From Lingula anatina (Eukaryota > Animalia > Brachiopoda), in contig CM120641.1 of the NCBI GenBank assembly GCA_051362555.1, positions 27,534,401-27,598,400 on the forward strand: a stretch of 64,000 nucleotides of DNA. The letters are read 5' to 3'. Positions 51,667-62,408 of this stretch are shown here, piece by piece (position 1 is the first letter of the stretch; every line of letters begins with the position of its first letter). Position numbers and translations under genes: made by a program. Under the pieces are notes generated by a model, which saw only the letters and a program-made list of their open reading frames with translations, was not told the origin of the DNA and did not search any database.

Positions 51667-54600
51667 TTTGCAGCGGGATGAATTCTGATCCCTTCAGTTA
51701 AACGGCATACTATTTTTTTTACTTCTGTTGCACAACTATTTTACATGTACCACTTACCCAACGTCTCGGGTGGCTTTCTTTTACAGGCACACGTTAAATC
51801 GAATAAATGAATCACTCAGCATCTTTACTGTTTGTGGTCTTAATTTTTTTCTATATCCAAAAAATCATAAGAATTTCATATTGGCAAACAGGACTCAACG
51901 TACCTTGACTAGCAACATCAGCCACCTCTTTACCAGATATATGCGCCATGTAGCCAAGCACGGAGAAGATAACAAATCCAGCATATATACTTGTGCCACA
52001 GTTAATAAGAGGCACAATCAGAGCGTCCCTAAGAATATACAGTCAATTATAAATATGCAATTCGTCAATGCATCATTGATTTGCGTAAAGGCTTGGAGCA
52101 ATACAAAGTCAAATAACACAGCAAATGACCACTGCATTCAACAGAAAAACAACTATGTTAGCCACTCAAAAGGTGTTTTTTAAAAATACATTTAAAAAAA
52201 TGTTAAGCAAATAAACATGTTAAGATTTAGTAAATGGTTAGATTAAATATGGTCAGATAAATACTGTAAGTAGTTCTATTAAAGCCTCAGCGATAGGACA
52301 AATAATATGCAGGTATTAAAAAAGAACAGAAAAAAAGCAGTCAACGGCAATGGTGAAGTACCCGATGAAGATATATATAATAATTACAGAACTTGATTAC
52401 TATACAACGTTTACAGTGCATGACATTTAAAGCAAAGTGCAAAACAAAACATGCAAACTCATGCAAATTATATAAAGGATATGTACGTCAAATCAGATTG
52501 ACTAAAGAGGAGGGAGATTAAGAGGGACAGGCAAGCCCAAGCCATCGATTTCATATCCACACGAAGTGTGGTAAAATATCCATACACAAGTACCCAGGTA
52601 TCCATTCACATAATATTCAAAGAGAATTAATCCCCTATGCATGCATGATTATAGGTATAAAAATCAAACCAAACCATGCTAAGTCTATCAAAAAAAAGGG
52701 TAAATTCCACCTAAATAAGGTACATCCCAATAGTCTGACATGGGACAAACGTTGTACTGTATTTCACAGTCCAGTCTACCTGAAGCAGTTGTTGTTGAAT
52801 TTGTTGTAGCTTGCCATCACTACCAGCCCTCCTGAGCATGCGCTGAGAGAATAAAAAATCTGAACGACTGCGTCACTCCATACCTGGCAGGTATAAATGA
52901 TAAGAACCAAGTCAACCAGGTCTACTCTAACATAAACTTATTGAAGATAAAAAAATATAAAGAACCATTTTATCATAATTTGTGCTTGCTGGATCTTATT
53001 TGGTATAATTTTCATCATGGCTAATTTTGTCTTTACGGGTCTCTTAGTATAACTTCAATCTATTGGTTGCCGTGATCTTAATCAAAATATTATTTAGATG
53101 TAACAGATCTGCATCAAGATGCACGTACACATAGCATTCCCTTGAACACATCACTGTTTGATAAAGGAGGTATTGGATTATGCCGCTGAAAACTTCCCTT
53201 GAAAGATTTAAAGACATCACAAAGAAGTGTCTTTTCTGTTTTTTTTTTTTCTATTTAAAACTTTTTTCATAAAAATAAATATATGAGGACTAAGAGAATT
53301 TGAACGATACATGTACATTACTTTATACGGACTTTGACAACACTTTTTAAGTCAACTTCTTTTGCTATTTTGTTTTTCAAATGATTCATAGATTTTAAAC
53401 AATCATTTCTTAACGCTGTATTGGCATCTCAGTGCTTTTTGTACACCATATAAACATGTGAAAAATATGAGGATGTGAAACAACGATAAAGAGGCAGGTG
53501 ATAGTGACCAAATGTATAGGTGATGTTGCAACTGTGCTGATGACAAAACAAACACTCGATCACGTACGGTGACAAAAATGATATGTCGTGAAGCAAACAA
53601 AAAGAACACTACGTTTTGCTGAGTCATGCCGGATGTGTTTTATATTACAAATTGATTGTGCTCAAACAGGGAGATGGGAGGAAGTGACATGCTGCGCGGC
53701 AAGTAGTCAAAATACGGTAAAACAAGAGCATTTTCAACAACGCGTCAAGCAGGCCAATACCTGAATGCGTTCGTACGAAATTTGTTAAAGCTAGCCATGG
53801 TTATCAGTCCACCAGAGGAGACACTTAGTGAATAGAATATTTGAACCACTGCGTCGCTCCAGACCTGTTAAAACCAACATGTTAGTATCTTTACGTGTCT
53901 GATATACACTAATTAAAAACTGTCATTCGTTTCGCTTTTTTCGTCTTTTTCTTTCTTCCGTTTCATATTCCCTATCAGTGTCGTCGATGGTGAAATTGCC
54001 TTTGTAAACAGAAAAAATGCTTTTGTTTGATCACATTTTTATGTCACACTATCTATACCCAAGTTTACTAGGAAATAATTTTGCGTACTTCACGGAAATA
54101 TCACTTTTTTATTTGCGTTTGAATGGAATGGGCTAGAAAGTAGTCTGGTGTGTAAAGGGGATTGCACCTGAAACGTAATAAAATAGCAACTTCTTGCCAA
54201 CTTCTCCATTGCCGTTTTCTCGCCATACCGTTTGTGTGTAGGCCAGTCAAAGAAACATGGCTGCCCGCTTTCTGCCGCAACTTGAATCATTTACCTGTAG
54301 CAGTTATTATGGAATTTCCCAAAACTAGCCATTACGATCAAACTTCCTGCACACACACCCAAAGAGTAGAATACTTGAACACATGCGTCGCTCCATACCT
54401 ATTGTAAAGTCCAAATCTTCAAGTATTGAGGAAGATTAACCTTGACATGCCATCCTCGGGAGGAAAACCATGTGCAAGGTGCAGGAAAGCCAAGACGGCT
54501 TCATCAGCGACACGATACAGTTAAGTCAAAGTTTGTTCAAGCATAAACCAAGCATATATGTATCTTTTTGCTGGGTTACTTTTGGGAGACGCCTCTACAC

Positions 54601-57600
54601 ACATAATTTAGAACAAACCCATGCCATTTACTTTTTAGTATATACATATATAGACGGTTGAATATGGGACTAGGCATACAGGCAAAACGTACATTGCTCA
54701 AGACATTTTGCTTATCGATTGTTTTTTACTTTTAAATACTTTAAAGTATACATTTGAAAGATAACCATCATACAATGTTTGGAACAGTAAACATAAATAC
54801 AAGTTTTAAGAACTTTATCTTATCCATATTAGCTGATACACAAACGAAAGCATTACCTCAATGTCTGCAAGACGTGTAATATTAGGCGACATGTAATATC
54901 GAATGCCTTCAGCAGATCCCGGCAGCAAAGCGCCGTTTACAAGGAGAATGGTAAGGATGATGTAGGGAAAAATGGCGGTGAAATAGACAACCTAAAAACC
55001 AAATAAAGTTATCTGTTTGACCGAAAACGAAAAAGTTTGAAAGAAGTAAGTTTTCTTAAACATCCGTTAATCTTGGTACGCAACTTTTTGTGTTAATAAT
55101 GAAAAGAAGGTTATTTAATGAATATATATTACAAAAACATTCTATCACTATGCTATTAATCTAGAACGACACAGTGAGAAGATGTCAGGAAAATTCTGAG
55201 GGGGAAGTGGATGAGAGAGATTATTTTGTGAATGTTTTTTAGTACATCCCAGTACGTGAAATGACTCACTTTCCCTAGGGACTGGATTCCCTTGATCAGG
55301 ACCAGGAACACAATCAACCAGGCCAGCAGAAGACACAGGGAAAGGTCCCATTTGAGACCCCCTGAATTGTCTATCCCATCAGTCATCTCCAGGACTTTAC
55401 GGCTATAAGTAAACAACCATGTGCAAAGTATAGGGTATATGTGTAACAATCCAGTAGTGATTTTATATCTTTTTTGACCAGACTCTCAATTATAGAATTT
55501 TTATTTTGAGTAGATACTAAATGGTAAAAGATGAGATGCATCTTTTTTGGAAGACATAACAATAAAATGTTATCTTACTAGAAGTATTCCTCGCTGGGCG
55601 ATATACGGGAACTGGTATTGGTAGCGTTCATAAGCATTGTAGTCATTGAAGAACTAGCAGTGGTGGTCACTGCAGAACTGACAGTTGTGGTCATATTGGT
55701 CGTGTTCGTCGAAACGCCTTGGCCAACTTAAAATTGGTTGAAATTTTTTCAAGATTTAAAAATAAAGATTAAGATAAGTACGAATATATTATCAAAGCAA
55801 TGTATTACACCCTCGCAAACTTAATGAATGGGAACTTGAAAAACCCAATGTAACCATAATGCACATAATTTTAATTAAAAGGCCTGACATCATTTCATGG
55901 CTTTAAAATGTTTACTCTGACTCCCCCTTTTTTAATTTGTGTTCCAAAAAATCCATTGGCATGAGCTACAGAGCGGATCTCTTCCATGTCATTACCTTCT
56001 AAGCAATCTTTAGTGTTCCAAGGATTCCCACAAGAAGACCACGGCAAATTGGCCGTCATGGAGGCGAAGAAGTAGTAAATACAGTAGGCAATGATAACGT
56101 TGTAGTATAGACCCATGATTAGAGACACCATCACCATGGCATAGCCGAGACCTGAAGAAACGCAATGTGGGGTTTTAAAATCATTTTTTAAAATAAAAAT
56201 GACTAAAAGTGTACTACTTTTTTTTTCACGAATGTACAGTACTCATCTTGCCAATACCCGTTCGCTTATTAACTCCTGTCTTTGTGATGTTGAGCAAAAC
56301 AGAAATTGGTGAGAAAAAGCGGCATGAACATGAACATGAACATTTATTATCTTTATATTATTGATTATTAAATAATTACAATACACAACGTGTGTGCGGG
56401 GGGGGGGGGGCAATTCATACTTAGGCAAATAAACGAGATACTCCGCAGCTGAATATAGCTTAATAAAGATAACCTACCTTTAAACAGTGGACTAATTTTC
56501 CAAATAGTGATAGGCCCAAGACTGGCAAACTGGCCAAAACAAAGTTCCATGAAGAATAAGGGTAGACCCACAAATGCCAAGCTGATGCAGTATGGGAGAA
56601 TAAAGGCTCCTGGAAATAGAAGGATACTGAGCAACAATATGTCACACGGCTGTCATTAATTCAATTCAGAGAGGTGTTTCTTCTTAACATCTACTCACAA
56701 TACTTAATCACTGAATGTTAGAGATAGTTACAAAATTTCAACAGAGTAACGACAGCCCTTAAAGCATTTCAAGCTTAATTATCAAATAAGTTTGTTACCC
56801 GTATTGCGGTAGTTGAGATTCGAGTCCCAAATTGGCTTACCTCCACCGTTCCTGTAACATAGGTATGGAAAGCGCCATACATTTCCCAGACCTACGGCAT
56901 AGCCGACACAGGTTAAAATAAACTCTATCTGGCCCCCCCAGTTACCGCGCTCATTCAATTCACTCGCCATAAGATCAGCTTGAGAGTCTAAGCGACCCAT
57001 GTCGGCGTCAGCCGCGGCTTCCAATTCTTTGGAGACCGAGTTCACCGTGGTGGGTTTTCCCTGGAAAGAAATTTTGTTTTTACAACTATATTACAACTAG
57101 AAAAGTTGTCATAAGTGGCCCAAACTCGCTTTGTTTCGATATATAGATATATCGTTCATCTTTAATATAAACACTTTTGAAGTGGTATTACATGTATCGT
57201 TGGTTTCATCGTTTCTTAGATGAAGATATAAAAAAATCTCATGGTTTCATCATACTACTCATATTGATCCGCTCCCTATCTGTCACAGTTTAGATCAATG
57301 AATTTGAGAACCATCACTGCCTCCACATGCCCTTTCAATACCGTTATCTTTATTCATGTAAGACATGATTTGAAGTGCACCGCAAACATGTGACGTTATA
57401 TAGCCAAAGTACCATTTGAATCTGTCGACATTCTGAAGAGATGCATTTTGCATACAATACGCTGCTCGTCCCGTTCCAAACCGCAGCCGTGAGACCGAAT
57501 TTATCAACACAGATACTACACAGTTGTCCGTCTGTCAGCACTTGTTGACTAGGGTGATAAGAACGCTCAAATTGCACGCAATAAAGTTGTCAGTTTATGG

Positions 57601-60600
57601 AGACTATTCACGGGACAATAGCATAAAAACTACTTTTTAAATCTATATGATTTTTTATCGACCGTTGACATTCAAAAATTAAGAGATGAAATGTCATGAA
57701 ATACTACTTATGAAGGTTATATTCTCAATTACGCCAGTTAAAGACTTACTCATAAAAAAGTAATGGAAAAAGAAAGAAAAAGGAAAGCCAAAGTTTTTTT
57801 CATTCGTGTGAGTGAACATATTGCTACTGAACTTCTGTTTTTCGTTTCAACTGCTTTTTCTTGGGGGGGGGGGGGGGAGGATTCCGGATAAAGGGTTGGA
57901 AAACGTGGGAAAGATAAAAATAAAATAAATTAAATATATATGCTTGAAAGTTAAAATAAAAAATATATATCAAGCACTTTTTAATTGTTATTTATAAGTG
58001 TGCCATGTCGTTTTCGTTTAATACGCAATCTATTTTACTGAATAAATGACAGCAACACGCTTTCTTCATTTTCTCTTCTATTTTCATTACTGTGAAACAC
58101 AGGTCACGGTGCTTGGATTTCTTCGAGTGTCCTTTCAATAAGCCATAAGTAGCCTCAATAAATAACTTCCTTGGGCCAAGCTAATTCTAGCATGTAATAA
58201 ATAGATAAGACGTTAGGACTTGTGTAAGAACGTGTGCAAAAGCAGAGATGATAAGCTTAATCCTGACTATTTAAATCAGTGTTTGAAAAGGTGGAAAAAC
58301 TGACCATGCTATATTGACAAATTGACACGATGACAAACAGTGTGTTCCATACTTTTGAGCTTAAGAGAGGGTTTGTGGAGTTTCTACTGCCGCCAGTTAC
58401 ACCTAATTCCAGATATGCCTCTACACTTCACTGTACATGCCCCATTCTTGTAGCGATGCTTACTCAGAGTATTTACAATTTATACTTTTTGCAAAAAACA
58501 TAGAAAGTGTACTGAAGGACACTTGGCGTTACTAAGCGTGTTTCCTTTGCCTTCTACCCCAGTACGTGCAGCTACATGTACGAAGTCACTTTTCCCATCT
58601 AAATAAAATGACGGCAACTCACCACGCAGATTCTTATGACCTTGTTTACCTCGATTTCCATCACCAAATCAGTTTTCGTACTGTAAGAATCAAATTACGC
58701 AATCACTCGGTGAAAAGTGATAAACTCATTTTCAGCCGAAGAAGCGTCAAAGCGTGCGCCGTGCGATTTGTCACAAATAGAAATTGTGCCATGAACTTCA
58801 GTGATAGGGCCAGGTTGATGGGATTTTATTTTTGCCGTGAGCGAGTAGAATGTGAGAATATTCTCAGCACAAAAAGTTAAATTAAATAAACGATTAATTT
58901 AGCGAACGCATCCATAAGACAAAACATGATGAATCTAACTTCACCTGGTTCGTCGGAGGGTTTTATTAGTGCTAGAAAATATTACGCAATCACTCTGAAA
59001 GTAGTGATGAACTCAATCCCAACCAAAGAAGCGTCAATGGGTGCTTCATGTAAATTGTTCACCAAAAACAAATGCAAGGTTTAATTTCATTATGGGGTCT
59101 ACAAGGGGAATCCCAAGCGGAAAGTATCTTGAGTAGTTACGTGAGTCCTGACAATTTTGCCTTTCTTACACACAATATACTCATTTGATATCACCTTGAT
59201 TTTCGTCGTCATACATGTAAAATGTAGTATAAGCTACTGAATGCCCCGATGTTAGTGTGCATTTAGTGAGCCTTCCGTTGCATCTATACGGTATATAAAT
59301 TGAATGGTATATAAATTCCAAAATGAAATGTTTAAAGTGTATATACATATTAATACTGTTCTTAGTGACTCCTTTACACCTCTTTCTCGAGTCACCTATG
59401 CCAAAACTTCTAGAGCCACACCCCTTTTGTTGAATAGAACCCATCACCAATGGTAAAGAACAATGTGTCATTATTATTATAATGATAAGATAAGACTGGG
59501 TTCCCATTAACCTAGCGTACCAGCAGGATCGACATAACTCCGAGGGGGATTCTTGCATTCAGTTTAAGCGGTTTAAATGTCTGTCACGCCCATTGAAGCT
59601 GCTAAGAGGGTAATTACCTTTCGCGCATGCTTAAGCTGAATTCAATTTAGTGAAATCCCCTCGATCCTGTTAATACGATAGAGTTATGGGAATGATCCCT
59701 AAGTTACAGAGAGAAACTTTATCAACCAAGGATCCGTTTGTAAGCACCCCATCAACATATGTCAAACCCCCTGTCAGGGGAAAAAGGAAAAGACAATAGG
59801 AAGAAAGTTCCGACAAAAAGGTCTCATCATGACCTTCATTTAGCATAATAACCTGATATAAAATCATCCGTAACCATTCAAAGTGCGTAGTGAAAACAAT
59901 GACAATATGTCCGTTGTCTTTGGATTCTGTTGACAGCTTTATGTAAAAACATCTTTGGAAATTGATATACTCGACTTGCACACGGAAAAAATAATTCTGA
60001 TAAGACTTTTTAATTCTGCTTTATGTGGCATCACTAATATCAAAGGTTAAAGTAGAAAAGATTGAGAAAAAAGTCGAAAAAATGAAAAAGAACATAAAAA
60101 TTGCAATTCAACAACAATTTCACATTTAAGAGACGGATATAAAAAGGGTTAAACAAAAAAAAAAGGGAATGAAAAAGTCCAAATTCGAATGTGCAGTCAA
60201 ATATTTAATGTTACTATTCTCAAGAAAATGTACAGGTTGAGTTTAGATACCAAGTCCCTAACTATTAATTTTATTCAGTAGATAATATCTAAATTTAAGC
60301 CAAACATATGCTACAATCTTTTGCAGTAACACAACTCACGCCTATGAACCTTTTTTTACCAATTCAGTTGTGACAAGATTTAGATTTATAATCGCTTGTG
60401 AAAAACGGCACTTACACAGCTCAATTTTCATGTGGCATCACAGATATCAAAGGTAAAGTTAAAGTAAGAAAAGTGACTAGACAACATAAAACAATGTAAT
60501 TCAAAATCTATTTCACGTTGAAGAGAGGGTTGAACCTAGGGTTGAACAAAAAATTGCTTAATCTTGTCGCGCAAAGGAATGAAAAAATCCTCAAATTGTT

Positions 60601-60907
60601 CAGCAGAAAAAATCAAAATTTTACACAATACTTTTGTGCTTTTCTTTAAAGTTGGAATCTCAATTGCTTTAACATTGCGTTGATACCTTTAAAAGTTTGG
60701 GAAACCTAACCTCAGTGTCAGCCAAGTCACCGACCCCGTATAAATGCCACGATAAAGAACTCATTAAAAAGCAGCCGCAAACAAAAACGTGGCGTAAAAA
60801 ATGAAAAGACAAACCTTCTTATCATTATTTCAAGAACACATATACCCTAATTTTGAAATAAGAAAAGGAGAAAAGAAGATACCAGTACTCACGTTTTCTG
60901 CCTCCAT
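49846..60907 (-). CDS. SLC6 Na+/Cl- dependent amino-acid-transporter-like protein, copy 4 (645 aa; three alternative TM6 exons)
   Basis: Exons 60893-60907 (MEAEN), 56841-57060, 56478-56609, 55996-56151, 55579-55726, 55270-55402, 54857-54991, one of [54295-54398 / 53761-53864 / 52780-52883], 51904-52028, 51249-51502, 50902-51001, 50606-50706, 50115-50276, 49846-49998; total 1938 nt. Canonical [24 protein letters not shown] and [10 protein letters not shown] motifs. Confidence 0.93.
51615..51669. repeat. (TTTA)n microsatellite
   Basis: ~13 tetranucleotide units. Confidence 0.9.
52780..52883 (-). CDS. Alternative TM6 exon 8c of copy 4
   Basis: cag|[34 protein letters not shown](R)|gtagac; 104 nt, no stops. 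Confidence 0.9.
53761..53864 (-). CDS. Alternative TM6 exon 8b of copy 4
   Basis: cag|[34 protein letters not shown](R)|gtattg; 104 nt, no stops. Confidence 0.85.
54295..54398 (-). CDS. Alternative TM6 exon 8a of copy 4
   Basis: tag|[34 protein letters not shown](R)|gtaaat; 104 nt, no stops. Confidence 0.85.
59495..59670. mobile_element. Degenerate MITE family A copy in intron 1 of copy 4
   Basis: Starts GACTGGGTTCCC like 43214; core TTAAATGTCTGTCACGCC is the revcomp of the 43302-43320 core. Confidence 0.6.
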
Positions 60908-62129
60908 CTTTCCAGGTCGGGTTTCTCATGTGACGTGCGGTAGACGAGCAGCTTTACGTATCTGCAATGTCGCAACGCCAAATAAACAACTCTGGTTGGT
61001 TATCTTAGACTATTAAAGCAGTCAAGTCTATCTGGCCAGCCGCACACCCCTTCCCTAAAGTAATCAAAATCTTAAGATAAACCCTGATATCAATCTGAAA
61101 ACTTGGCGGCACGACAGAAAAACCTATTGATCGGTACCTCTGGATCCTGTGCTTGAAGTTCTACCTATGTCTACCCCAGTGTGATTGGGTAACATTTATA
61201 CACACGCATATGCAGACCAGTGTCTCGACTGGTCTTTTGTCGCTCTCAGGCCGCATTCACAACAGCTGATTTACTAGTCCGCGGATCAAATATGGCCCAC
61301 CCACTTGAATGCTTGTTGCGTAATTTCCCGCGAGGAATCGATTCAGTGTCTATTACGGCTTGGTCAAGACATCAACCTTCACTTGATTGCAATCACCTAA
61401 AGTGATCAAGACCACCGACATCCATAATGATACGTGTGAACTTGGCCCTGTTCAGCAACTCGCTGAATATGTAGATATTTTATTAAGAATACACTTTGAA
61501 TCGCGATACACGTCTCTTACGCAGTGGCATTTCATAACAGCTATGTTAATTTCTATTGTTTTAACTGCAAACGTGCCAGAATGGAGTGCTTGGACAATGG
61601 CCTGCAGCTTTGGAGGAATGTCGGTGACCCCTTCCCGTTGAATGATAGAAGTAATGTCATATGTCGAATTAAATACTTTATACAAGGGAAACTGGACCGA
61701 ACCTATCTAATCCGCGTTTACTATGAGACAGAGAGGTGGACATCAACTCATTTTACATCTTTGCGCAAATGAAGAATATTGAAATGATTACTTTTGTATT
61801 TTTACTGATAACAACAGGAAAGTAGTTTTCAAAATTTAAATGTCAAAAAAAGTCTCAATTAGAAAGAAAAATAAGGTCACAGTACAGATGCTGGGAATCT
61901 GCATATCTGAGAGGAAGAAAGGCAGAAGCACAGAGAATCAAAACGCTATCCAAAACAGACTCTTACCATCTATTTCTTATCAGCTGTTTAAACATTAAGC
62001 AAAACTGTAGGCCTAAACGTAATAGTTCAATGAAGCATGGAAGTATAACAGTCATACTTTTATGATTGAAGAAAGTTATTCTGAATAAGGGCCATTGGAT
62101 TTCTTCAAAAAATAATAGTTTTAACCATC

Positions 62130-62359
62130 ACCCAGGGCGTTATCTAGAAGATGACTGATCCCCCTGCCTGTGCCTTCGCAACATAAGTGGACAGGGACTC
62201 TTCAAATTCCGGACAACCTCTAGGTCAAGCCGCCTCCTAGTTACGGCAGTATTAGAAGCTTTGTTACCTGTATCTACTGGTCAGTAAATTGTGTAATCCC
62301 AAAAGTAAACAATGGGTCGGGCCCTCTTGTAAGGTTCTGGGGACGCATCCATTCGAGGG

Positions 62360-62404
<45 letters not shown>
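62130..62404 (+). mobile_element. Possible retroposon 3' end with (AAT)n tail
   Basis: GC-richer ~230-bp block ending abruptly in ~15 AAT units (62360-62404). Confidence 0.35.

Positions 62405-62408
<4 letters not shown>

Noticed and set aside
53178-53240. Possible selector for 8b pairing with the 52343 site (TGCCGCTGA)
   Set aside because: Only ~9 bp including a G-U pair; not distinguishable from chance.
52780-54398. The three TM6 exons as an assembly or haplotype artefact
   Set aside because: They are strongly diverged at silent sites and have unrelated flanking introns, unlike a false duplication.
61220-61772. Overlapping short ORFs upstream of copy 4
   Set aside because: No recognisable domain, splice structure or repeat hallmark; cannot be supported from sequence alone.
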